Translations under genes and position numbers: made by a program
The notes under the pieces: generated by a model
Database searches by the model: none
The model's input: the letters and a program-made list of their open reading frames with translations, nothing else
What the model was told of the DNA's origin: nothing
Source of the DNA: Toensbergia leucococca
Taxonomy: Eukaryota
DNA length: 32,957 nucleotides
Assembly (NCBI GenBank): GCA_022813965.1
Contig: JALDZS010000236.1
Location: forward strand, 1 to 32,957
Direction of reading: 5' to 3'
Shown here: in pieces, positions 22,998 to 32,957 of the stretch
Numbering within the stretch: position 1 is the first letter of the stretch
How the letters are laid out: every line of letters starts with the position of its first letter

Positions 22998-23721
22998 AAG
23001 ACTAAACCGCTAAGAGCACCTGCTCTCTTTCACATGGAGTTATGAGGCGTTGTAGGGCAGGGAGGGAGATTGGGGTGGCTCAACTTTCATTGGATTTCGA
23101 GAGCAGTGGTTTTGTATTGCTGGGTGGTCGTCAGTGTTGGCGCGGAGAGTGATTGGTTGTTTGGAAGTACCATGCAGCCAAAGCAATTGAATCCCCGATG
23201 GGAATGTGTTTATTCGTGTGATGTCTTTCTTTTGAGCACCTGAGCAGATGTTTCGCTTTCAAAATCCAAAGGTCAAGCGAGCAATGGTGTCCGAGGCTTT
23301 CAATGTTCGATTGATGTTATCTTGCCGCAAGGATCATTTATACTACGGAATCCTTCAAGATATCAGTAATGTAACATAGAGGTAGTGATATTATCATAAG
23401 ATGGGAGCCAAAATAGTATGCTTAGCCCCGAGGTCTTTTACCCTGACGATCTATATTACGTGTACTCATACCAATATTCTACAGTGACCACCCTTTCCGA
23501 TACATTGACAACCGGTGCAGGATCACGTAGGGAAATATCATGATCTCGTACCTCAATTTGACTCATTTGCATGCCATCTACCTAATGATTTATGTGCTGC
23601 TTAGATGTAGGATCAGCTTGAGCAATATCGCGATTTCGAAACACGTTTAGAGTCAATTTTCCCACCCCTTCCCAGGCACGGTATTGTGTCTCATCCCCCA
23701 AACATTCACCACCGTATCTTT

Positions 23722-23751
23722 TTGAATTGAATTGAATTCAATTCAATTCAA
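23722..23751. repeat. Perfect 30-bp palindrome (TTGAA)3(TTCAA)3
   Basis: Read directly: TTGAATTGAATTGAA|TTCAATTCAATTCAA with no spacer. Confidence 0.95.
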
Positions 23752-24009
23752 TGCCAAGATGATTCCAAGATGATAACACGACCAGGTAGAAATGTAGTAG
23801 AAAAGGTAGGGAGCACGCAATGGAGGTGAAAAATTAAGTTTCTAGGAGTGGTCAATGTACAAGTACCTTATCCAAAGGGGGTGTCAGTGTATCAATAGTC
23901 GTCCTAGTGCAGTATTGTAAGGAATACCTCAGGCTTTACTTATGTTTAACATAATTACAGCAAGGAACTTGATTACACAACTGACCCTTAATGCGCCTGG
24001 CTCTCAGCT

Positions 24010-25860
24010 ATGTTCAAAACAGGCCAGGCTTGCAACATTGCACTGAAAAGAGAAGAAAGGCACTTCTCACTGTCTTCCAGATGGAGAAATGCTCGCATCC
24101 GAAATGAAATCCAAATTAATCAAGAGCGGCTTCTGAAGGATATTCACTATACGTGCCAGTGGGGTACTGGTCCCCGATGGGGCAGCGGCGTCAATGACAC
24201 GGGCATGTCAAGACTTGCCCTGACTGATACGGACCGACAAGCTCGAGATTGGTTTGTTGATACTACGCGCTCACTTGGCTGCAAGGTTAGCATCGATGCA
24301 ATGGGGAACATTTTTGCCGTCCGTACTGGTAAGAAGGATGGCCCTCCAACATTTGCAGGCTCTCACATGGATACTCAACCTTCTGGAGGGCGTTACGTAC
24401 GTAGAGCAAGCAAACCCCGTCGTCATAACTTACCCAGCTTAGGATGGCATCTTGGGAGTTTGTGCTGGTGTCGAGATGCTACGGGTGCTGCAGGAGAACA
24501 AGCTAGAACCCGAATTTCCCATAGGTGTCATCAATTGGACCAAGTGAGCGACCACGACTCCTATCTTTCGCTCGTACCATCCGATCCGTACCCTGGATTG
24601 CTAATGCAGATTTTCAGTGAAGAAGGGGCAAGATTTCCAATATCCATGGTGGCTTCAGGTGTCTGGGCGGGCAAGATTCCTCTAGCAAAGGCGCACAGTC
24701 TTCAAGAAGTCGGAGGTGAAAAACGTAATATGAAACAGGAACTTGAGAGGATCGGATATTTAGGAGAAACGGAGGCTAGCTTTCATGCCATGCCAATAGG
24801 AGTAAGCTAATTGCAAAGTCTTGAGAATTTCAACTCATGCCCTCTGCCAGGCCCACTTCGAACTTCACATAGGTATGAACAGAGTTGCAGCTGCTCCCTT
24901 ATTTCCTAGAGAGTTGTTTTCGTCCTTGTTGTCTCCACTACTACATCCAAGTACGAGCTGCATGATCGGGTTGCGAGGAATCAAGTGATCTGGAAAGGAT
25001 TCTTAAGAATGATGATGACTAAGTGTTGATCCAAATTAGAGCAGGGTCCTCGTCTTCAAAGCCTGAACAAGAAGATAGGGATAGTAGACGGAGTATGAAC
25101 CACACATGGACCCTCACCTTTAAATCATGTGCTCATTATATAGGTTCAAGCCTACCGATGGCATACTATAACGGTGAAGGGTCAGGACTGCCATACTGGC
25201 ACGACTGATTTCGTCAACCGCTCGGATGCACTTTTGGGTGCGGCGAAAATGATATTGCATTCTCATCGACTCGCAACAAAATACTCCTGTCTAGCAAGCA
25301 CTGGAATTCTTGAAGTAACACCTGGCAGCACAAATACTGTTCCAGGCACCGTTCGATTCAGCCTGGACATTAGGGCTGGAGACGATGATCGCTTGATGCA
25401 GCTCGAAGGCCACCTCAAAGCTGATGTTGACAAGATCGCAAAAGGTGAGGATGTCGGTAATCTGAATGATGGTGGAAGTCCCGGACGAAGCTGTAGTGTC
25501 CAATGGGCTCTGGAGGCGCCAAGCACCGCTTTGAGGTTTCACGTTGACTGTATCAATTGTGTTTCACAGAGTGCTAGAGACATATTTGGGGAGCATCTGA
25601 CACATGTCATGACGTCTGGCGCTGGTTGAATTCCCAAGTGACTTTGATAATTATGATACTGACAACCCTCCTCAGGGCATGACAGCGTCTTCACGAGTAC
25701 GCGTTCACCTACGTCCATGATCTTCGTCCCTTGCTTGGACGGTGTTTCGCATAACCCAGCGGAGTACTGCGCACCAGACGATTGTGCAAACGGTGCGCAA
25801 GTCTTGGTTCAATCAGTACTATTGTATGATAGGTTGAGGGCGCGAAGAGCACGCCAATGA
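24010..25860 (+). CDS. M20-family N-carbamoyl amidohydrolase (beta-ureidopropionase/PYD3-like; hydantoinase/carbamoylase family)
   Basis: GMSRLALTDTDRQARDWF, GSHMDTQPSGGRYDGILGV, NWTNEEGARFP, AHFELHIEQGP, HTGTT, GAGHDS, MIFVPCLDGVSHNPAEYC. Introns 24397-24442, 24544-24617, 24802-24850, 24873-25039, 25093-25143, 25625-25675. The basic N-terminus resembles a mitochondrial presequence. Confidence 0.9.
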
Positions 25861-26102
25861 ACATGTGTTATGATTTATTTGAGGGACGAACATACGCTTC
25901 TGCAAACCTAAGCTTGGACTATTTTAAGCAAAGTAGGTAGTTCAAGCATAGCTCTTGCACAACTATGAAATTTGCAGTGTCATCTGCCTCCTTCTACCGT
26001 AGCTCCTCCGGCATTTTCTCTCACCCGATCAGACACGCTACCGTCCAGTCGATCTATCTATGTAGTCCGTAGGTACATTCTAACAGAGAAGTAGGCAACA
26101 GC

Positions 26103-26779
26103 CTAAGAAGGAGGGGCGCCACGGCCCCTGCCAAAACCGCCACGAAAAGTAGGAGCGAATTCGCCAGGGGCGCCACTTTCTTTGCCTTCTCCTGCGTCAC
26201 GTCTCCGGTATCCGCCATCGCGGTCTCCACGATCGCCACGAGGTCCTCCACGTCCACCAGGACGACGCTCACGGTCATCACCACCCATCATTCCCTTGGG
26301 AGGAGCGTGAGAGCGCTGTTGTTTAATGTGGGTCGCTGGGACGATTTCTGCTGGGAGATGTAACCATTCGCGGAGGTAGTCGAGACCTTCTGGGGTTAGA
26401 GTGTAGTAGTACCATTGCCAGGAGAATTGTGTCTTCAAGTAGCCACGGGAAGTGAGCGATTGGCAAGCCTTGACAACCTGGACTTGAAGTCAATATGATG
26501 TCAAGTGCTCGACGTATAGAGACCCACGTAGAGGTTCTTGGTATCAATCTCATTGTGCTTGGGAAGGTTGAAGTCCTTCTTAGCAACAAGGACACCCTCT
26601 GCACGCCCAAGTTAGTTCATGTACATATATGATCCCTAAGTATATGGGCCTTTTGAACTTAGATCTCAACGTACCGCGAAAGAGATATTCGTGTATCTTC
26701 TTACGATCAGCTTTGGGGATAAGCCTAGTGGCACCGATCAGCTACAATAGCTTCAGGACATTCAAGACACAGCTCACAT
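26103..26779 (-). CDS. RPS10: 40S ribosomal protein S10 (eS10)
   Basis: [91 protein letters not shown]...FRGGFGRG. Introns 26777-26725 (splits the start codon AT|G), 26674-26599, 26527-26478. Confidence 0.97.
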
Positions 26780-26887
26780 GATTGCGAGTTCCTGTCGTAC
26801 TTCGTGGAATCGCTTTAATCGATGCTGATCTTGGTGAATTTTGGGAGTGATTCTAACAATTGGGAGAGCATGTGGGTTTTTAGACCT

Positions 26888-26918
26888 TAGCGAGATGTGA
26901 CTGACTAGCGTCTCGCTA
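26888..26918 (-). promoter_or_regulatory. Homol-D-like box (CAGTCACA) flanked by an inverted CTCGCTA pair upstream of RPS10
   Basis: TGTGACTG at 26896-26903 (= CAGTCACA on -), about 120 bp upstream of the RPS10 ATG, between TAGCGAGA (26888-26895) and TCTCGCTA (26911-26918). Homol-D is an established ribosomal-protein promoter element in fission yeast. Confidence 0.55.
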
Positions 26919-27329
26919 TCCGTACTCGTGGTACGGATATACCTTACCTCCTACGAGGTCAAAATATTATCTATTCGGCTGGCCAACGTACAGTTTTGGA
27001 CTAACGTAGCTCGCGTAGTACTCCTGAATACCTCAAACAAAGAGTATGTCACCATTCTTCTCAGAAATCAAGTCAAGGAGTATCATTAGGCATTGCTAGC
27101 TAAGAGAGGAAACCAAGTCCATGATTAGAAGACAATTCTGTTCTTACTCAGCTATGTTGATAATTCAATATTTTGATGGGAAATGCCAAGCCTGCACTGC
27201 GGTACGGTGACCAGCCGAATAGATAATTTTTTGACCTCGTACCTACTTTCCTACGTGGCTAGGTATTTATCACCTATCATCGTCGCATCACGACAGGCCT
27301 GATTTCATTCAGTTGACTTCTTGTATGAT

Positions 27330-28274
27330 ATGGCTTCTCGTACCATCAACGTATTGCTTTCTTCTTTTTCCGGCCTCGATTTGCCTGCCACGCTTTCCCT
27401 CCCTATAGCAGCCTCGACACCCATCGCAGATCTTACTACACAGCTCCTGGATCGCCTAGACCACATCGATAGTCGCTTTATCATCACAACTACATCAAAT
27501 AAACAGGTCTCATTCTCATCTCTAGCTCCAGTCTCTTCTCTCCTCTCTAGTGATTATGACACTTTCCTCCCCCTCCGCCTCTCAATACCGCTTTGTGGTG
27601 GCAAGGGAGGCTTCGGCTCGCAGCTACGGGCAGCTGGGGGGCGCATGTCTTCTCGACGCAAGAAAAATCAAGGCGAAAACAACAGCTCAAACCGCAACTT
27701 GGATGGCAGGCGACTACGGACTGTCGCTGAAGCTAAAGCACTTGCAGAATACCTAGCACTCAAACCGGAAATGGAAAAGAAAGAGAAAGAAGCCCGACGT
27801 AAGCGATGGGAGCAGGTTGTTGATTTAGCCGAGAAGAGGGAGCAGGAAATCCGGAATGGGTCAAAGGGAAGAGTGGATGGGAGGTGGGTCGAGGGCAAGG
27901 AGGAAGCTGGTGAACGGACGCGGGAGGCAGTAGTAGCGGCAATGAAATCTGGAAACTACAAGGATAATCTGATGAACACATCAAGTGGAAGTTCCGGTGG
28001 AGGATCCGCAGATGCCAGCGAAGGGAGCGAAGATGATGAGTTTGATGATCACAGCCGAAAGCACAATACACCACCATTCCCTTCGAAGCCTTCATCAACA
28101 CCCTCGCGTTCATATCTTGGGTTCGACGAGGATGATGAATTCATGAGTGATGAAGATGAGCACGGGGAGGACCGGGAAGATGGTAATGACGACGTGGAGA
28201 GCCATACAAGTAGAGATGAGGACGAGAAAGCAAGAGCCGCCAGCATGGGCAAGGGTAAGGCGATTGCATTGTAA
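27330..28274 (+). CDS. SDE2: Sde2 (ubiquitin-fold-activated splicing / replication-stress factor)
   Basis: N-terminal ubiquitin-like region ending LCGG|KGGFGSQLRAAGGRMSSR, then RNLDGRRLRTVAEAKALAEYL and an acidic C-terminus. Intronless; true ATG at 27330. Confidence 0.92.
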   Translation: MASRTINVLLSSFSGLDLPATLSLPIAASTPIADLTTQLLDRLDHIDSRFIITTTSNKQVSFSSLAPVSSLLSSDYDTFLPLRLSIPLCGGKGGFGSQLRAAGGRMSSRRKKNQGENNSSNRNLDGRRLRTVAEAKALAEYLALKPEMEKKEKEARRKRWEQVVDLAEKREQEIRNGSKGRVDGRWVEGKEEAGERTREAVVAAMKSGNYKDNLMNTSSGSSGGGSADASEGSEDDEFDDHSRKHNTPPFPSKPSSTPSRSYLGFDEDDEFMSDEDEHGEDREDGNDDVESHTSRDEDEKARAASMGKGKAIAL

Positions 28275-28390
28275 TCCTCAGAGCTAAATCAATATTCGGA
28301 ACAAGCGAGAGTGCAAGAACAGAAGCGTGGCATGCTCGAGAGATGCTCATTATATCAATACAAGAAATCATTGTCTTTCACTAACAGTTC

Positions 28391-30712
28391 CTACAGCTCC
28401 ACAGCCTTGGCGGACAATGTATCAAGATCATACTCATTGATGAGCTTTTCCGCAGCAGTTTCCCCGATAAGATATGCTACTGACTGAGTATGATTGCTGT
28501 CGACACACATCCGAGATCAGTATAGGAGCCTTGAATCACAAGTATAGAGACTGACTTTGTGATGATTGGTGCGACACTCATGTCAACTACACGGAGTCTT
28601 TCTACCCCTACCACCTGGAAATTCTTGTTGACGCAGGTACCATGCTCGCCCGGTCTGCCCATTTTGACGGTTGAACACATGTGCCAAGAGCTGAAGAGAG
28701 CGGATTTGATATAGGTCTGCCGAGTTCAAATTAGGAGAAACCTTTCTATAGGATTCAGTCTAGGTTTTACCAGAATATCCTCATCAGAACTGCTCTTTGG
28801 CCCGCCTACAAGTTTGATAGTATCTTTGGAAACCAGAGGTAATGCTATCAGCTCCATAGTGTGCCTGATGGCTTCGATTGCCGCTCGACGATCGAAAGGA
28901 TGAGACAAGAATTGAGGATCAATCAACAGGGTATCATGGGGATTAGCAGACTGCAACGACAAAGAACCGGTAGATTGAGGGTTCTGTAATGAAGTCAGCT
29001 TCATGCTGGATCAGCGAAAAGTCATTTTCATCTACGCCTTACCATCCAGAAGGTCAAAAGCGATAGATACGTGTCCGCAGGCTTTAATACTTCGTTTTCG
29101 TTGACCCACAATGGTGGTGTGTGCTATCTCTTTCCTCAGATCGCGCCTCCTTTGATGAGAAAACCTTAGAGGGGCTTACCGAAGTCATCTCATAATCCGG
29201 GACTGTGTCACCATGTAGATAATTCTGAAGGGATGTCGGCAAAGCCTGGAATTCAGTCGAATTTCGGATGCGTTCGCTTTTGAAAAAGCCGACTAGAACA
29301 GCGCTAAAGTTCAAGATAAACAAGCCATGTTCGACTCAAGGATCGATAGCTAACTGACCAATAGAAATGTGCCAATGCACCACTGCTTTGGTCTTTTAGC
29401 CACTCCTGCCTCGCATCTTCCATCGCTCGAGGGTCAGTGAAGAATTTCGCACGATCGTTGGTATCAGGTTTTTGCAACAAAGTCAGAGGTGCAAAACAAT
29501 GATCTTTGAGTCCCTGCCCGATGTTTGCAACGTCGTGGACAACCTTGATTTTGAACTTTTCGAGCTCTTTTGCAGGACCAATGCCAGAGAGCAGTAGAAT
29601 TTTTGGCGAGTCTAAAGCCCCTGCGCAGAGTATTACTTCCTTTGAGGCAAAGACTAGAAAAAAGTTCAGAGAGCAATCCCATGAAGCACTAAGCCAAAAC
29701 CGAAGCTTGAGGCTTACACTCTTGCCTGGAAGTCTGTACGCCTATAGCCTTTTTGTCTTGGAAGATTATATTGGTCACAGCCGTATTGGTGATGACTTTC
29801 AGATTGTCGGGTTTATTAGAGAGATAAGCGGTTGCAGCAGTCACCCTTCGGCCGCGGTGTGCTGTAGATGCAGGGATCCCGACACCTATGGGGTTTCCAT
29901 CATTAAGATCCGTGTTTAAAGGATGCTATATTCACATAAGATACTGCAGCACATGGCGAGTCTCAAGTTCCACTGACGCCGCATTGTCTCGCAGCGTCCA
30001 ACAGGTTCTTCAAATCTTTCTCCCAGGTATCTGAAAATCCAAGATCCAGCGGACTTGTGAAACGTCAGTCTTTGGAGTGACGTGACGGACACGCAAGAAA
30101 AGGTACAGTGCAAACCTACCCATCATGGCCGTGAGATTCATAGGAGGGGTTCACGTAAGCTTTGAACTCATCAGAAACCTCGCCGTGATACGTTTCGATC
30201 TTGTGGAAGAGCATCAGCTTCGATTTTGAGGGAGGATTCAAGTAGCCAAGGCAGAACCTTCTAGATTCACGGACCTTATTGAATCTGCGGTTCGTTTGCT
30301 CCCAAGACCACGCTTCATCGTCGACAAGATTTGCCCACTCATCATAATCATGCTTGGGACCTCGCACATACACCAAGAAGTTTATTGCGCTACTACCGCC
30401 CAGGCCCCTCCCTCTCGAGTAATCAATCTTCTGGCCGTTCAGCTGTTTCTGCGGTACAGTATCGTATCCCCAGTTGTAGCCTTGTGCAGTCTTCAAAGTC
30501 ATGTATCTCTGGCCAGATACTTGATGCTCAAGGTCTGAGTTGTCAGACCCAGCCTCAACGAGGAGCACTTTGGGGCTTGAAGAAGTTCGAGCAAGCCTCG
30601 ACGCCAAGACACAACCAGAGGGTCCACCTGTACCATTTGCATATCAGACGAAGTTATAATACAGCGAGAATCGGACACTACCTCCGACAATCAGGAAGTC
30701 ACAATCATACAT
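28391..30712 (-). CDS. GMC oxidoreductase (AA3-type, no signal peptide, His/His catalytic pair)
   Basis: MYDCDFLIVGGGPSGCVLASRL (FAD GxGxxG), VLLVEAG, RGRGLGGSSAINFLVYVRG, EVILCAGALDSPKILLLSGIG, SSWHMCSTVKMG, GVERLRVVDMS, NNHTQSVAYLIGE. Ten introns reconstructed in frame (e.g. 30681-30628, 30274-30200, 28555-28497); stop TAG 28393-28391. Confidence 0.9.
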
Positions 30713-31496
30713 GCTGCTACTTGAAAAACTTAGGAGCTGTGCTACGTTCGAGGTAATGATCAACAACTTTCTCCAGAACACAATCAATGATTCTTGAAAA
30801 AGCTGAAGTGAGATCGATAGTTGCGAGACGACACAGCAAATGTTCTGATCGAATGGAAGGGTATTCGTATTATCGCAGCGACTGTAGGCTGTAGGACCCT
30901 CGGACCCTCGGACGTTCTGATGTTCGGCCCTCGCCTATGGCGCCACTCGAAGGGGGTGAAATAATTGACGGCCGATCACTTAGTGCTTTCTCATCAAACC
31001 GTCCCCCCTCGGGTCGAAAAGGCAGAAGAGGGCCATGAATCATGAGGAAGATATACAGTTGATATTGCAATTGATTAAGTAGCTTCACTTACAGTATTGA
31101 CATCCGAAGTTTTAGCAAATGAAACAATCACCGTCGCAGCCGTCTGGCGAAAGATACTCTAGATGATATACTTGCGACAAACAAATCTTAGTGACCGCAT
31201 CCTGTTTTGAGCATTGTTTTCAAGTTTGGGGACTGCTAGCGCTGCCTTCGTAGGTACGAGGTCAAATCGTTAAGTATTCGGAATGGCAAATGTAGGCATT
31301 TTGAGTTAGCGTATCCGTACTCCGTAGCAATATCTAAACCATAATAGTATGCAAAATCAAGATCAAATACATACCTATTCATCTCTGAACCATGATATCT
31401 CAATACTAGAGTCATGGAATTAACCCTTCTAACTATGACGCTGTGGCCTGTGCAAGAAACACCCGGAGAATACCTCTCAAAGTCATGGTGGCCATA

Positions 31497-31545
31497 CTCG
31501 TGGTTACCTCACAATGCGGCAAACCTAACAATGCGGCACGCTAAC
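31497..31545 (+). mobile_element. Probable terminal inverted repeat of a pogo/Fot1-like (Tc1-mariner) DNA transposon relic
   Basis: TA (31495-31496) followed by CTCGTGGTTACCTC-ACAATGCGGCA-AACCTA-ACAATGCGGCA. An internal direct repeat within a ~45-bp terminus is typical of Fot1/Pot2 TIRs, and it sits exactly at the start of the AT-rich block. The partner TIR is not seen in the window. Confidence 0.5.
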
Positions 31546-32019
31546 CTGATCAGGAACACTAGTCTTTTTTTCCCTCTTATCACCCCCTCATTTTCTTTCT
31601 TTTTCATCAACATCTCATTCACATCATTGATAATCAGGAGTCATGACAGCTCAGTACATCTGTATGTGATTATTTATTTCTTAACAACAGATATTAATTC
31701 ACATAGACTCTCTCAACAACTTTTCTGTCAATAATTAGCCTTTATAAATTAATGACAACATTATCTTTAAACTCTGAATAAGCAACATTACTATTAATTC
31801 TGTTACTGATGTGATGATAATCATTGATAATATAAGTACCTTCATTGACTGAGTAAATTAAAGGTCAAAAAAGAACATGTTAAAGGTATAACTTTAAAAT
31901 AAAACTAAGGGTGTTGTTATTCATAAAAGAATTATCAATAATAAGAAGTTTTATTGAAATCAAGAAGAAGAATATTGTTTCTGAGAGAAGATTTTCATCT
32001 TATTATAAGACCTGTATAT

Positions 32020-32835
32020 ATGATGACTAGAGAAATGTCACAATTTCATATATAATTGTATTTACTATTCTTTTCTATTGTTATGACTGAGCTGGCTCAC
32101 TAAGCCTCAACACTGACCTAAGGGCATTGACACACGCCTAGCCGCATTGGGCCTAGCGCTGTCACCCAAGGGTATTTGTATGTAAACACTCACTACCTAG
32201 ATACTTTCCTTCCTTAGTCTTAGTCTCCTTATCAATCATATCCTCATGACTAGACTCTGAGCATGATTCTGACATCTATTTACTTAATCAATTTTATAAT
32301 ACTTATTAAGTTTAAATTATCAGTTAATAATAATGATGCATAGTGATATTTTTATCTACAATTTTATTAACTATTTTTTTCTATCTACTGAATTGATTTC
32401 ATGCTCACCTAGTTTAAATTATTACTAATAATAATGATACATAAAGAAATATAATATTTTTATCTACAACTGTATTAACTATTCTTCTTTATTTTTATTT
32501 ATAATTTTATTAACTATTCTTCTCTATTTATAGAATTGATTTCATGCTCACTTAGTTTGAATTATTATTAATAATAATGATGCATAGAGAAATGTGATAT
32601 TTCTATCTACAATTTTATCAGCTATTTTGCTTTATTTTTATCTACAATTTTATCAACTATTTTTCTTTATTTACTTAATTGATTTTATGCTCACTTAGTT
32701 TAAATTATCACTAATAATAATAATGCATAGAGAAATGTAATATTTTTACTCTTATTTTTATCAACTATTCTTCTTTATCTACTCAATCAATTTCATGCTT
32801 ATTTAGTTAAATTATCAGTTAATAATAATGATAAG
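32020..32835 (+). repeat. Degenerate tandem array with 105-143 bp units and a nested ~35-bp subrepeat, interrupted by the solo LTR
   Basis: Unit anchor AATTGATTTCATGCTCACYTAGTTT (with variants) recurs at ~32287, 32391, 32534, 32677 and 32785 (spacings ~104, 143, 143, 108). Long units carry two copies of TATCTACAATTTTATCAACTATTCTTCTTTATTT-like sequence. Confidence 0.85.
32079..32274. mobile_element. Solo LTR (196 bp) with 5-bp target-site duplication
   Basis: Starts TGTTA, ends TGACA (TG...CA, imperfect inverted termini). Flanked by TCTAT at 32074-32078 and 32275-32279. More GC-rich than its surroundings. Confidence 0.8.
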
Positions 32836-32957
32836 TGTCAGGAACTGGGCTTAGGCAAGAACAGCACAGCTGTATCAGGGGTTTAGAAACTATGATAAGG
32901 CTTGATCTATGTACTGAGTACTATACAGGACGAAAGACGAAGGAAACAAGAGGAGAA
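32836..32957. mobile_element. Probable start of a second LTR truncating the tandem array (runs off the window)
   Basis: The array stops mid-unit, and TGTCAGGAACTGGGC... begins with a canonical TGTCA terminus and higher GC. Confidence 0.5.

Larger units (their letters stand above)
31546..32957. mobile_element. AT-rich, CpG-depleted block of nested repeat relics
   Basis: Abrupt compositional shift, stop-dense, CpG essentially limited to the embedded LTR-like sequences. Confidence 0.75.

Noticed and set aside
23722..23751. Palindrome as a heat-shock element
   Set aside because: An HSE needs alternating nGAAnnTTCn. Here the GAA units are direct repeats and the centre is GAATTC with no spacer.
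24010..24810. Apparent frameshift or garbled middle of the amidohydrolase ORF
   Set aside because: Explained by introns of 46 and 74 nt (sum 120); the spliced product has all conserved motifs.
24010..30712. Metabolic gene cluster (amidohydrolase + GMC oxidoreductase)
   Set aside because: Separated by housekeeping genes RPS10 and SDE2, with no backbone enzyme, transporter or regulator.
1928..31088. Numerous short antisense or alternate-frame ORFs in the track
   Set aside because: Shadows of real genes or intergenic noise, with no recognisable motifs.
31414..31734. 106-aa ORF
   Set aside because: Spans the TIR-like border into AT-rich relic DNA; F/I/S-rich composition typical of spurious ORFs.
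32280..32835. CRISPR-like array
   Set aside because: Eukaryotic context; whole units are similar to each other, with no unique spacers and no cas genes.

Overview
Eukaryotic, intron-rich DNA from a filamentous ascomycete (Pezizomycotina; GT-AG introns of about 45-190 nt with RCTRAY-type branch sites). The window has two compartments. A gene-dense island of about 29.7 kb (~1835-31500) is bounded by AT-rich, almost CpG-free blocks of mutated transposon and repeat DNA (1-1830 and ~31500-32957). The island carries, in order: a hypothetical gene (-), a RasGEF with an N-terminal Ras-like P-loop domain, a decayed HIT-zinc-finger (Hit1/ZNHIT3-like) pseudogene (-) missed by the ORF track, NFU1, a PSP1-family gene behind a ~1.4 kb multi-intron leader with splicing-dependent uORFs, a hypothetical gene, RPL15, a HUL4-like HECT ligase with a probable GC-AG intron, an M20 beta-ureidopropionase-like amidohydrolase, RPS10 (-), SDE2 and a GMC oxidoreductase (-). 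The right flank contains a pogo/Fot1-like terminal repeat, a 105-143 bp tandem array, a solo LTR with a 5-bp TSD and the probable start of a second LTR. All calls were made by eye with manual splicing and translation; no database searches were run.
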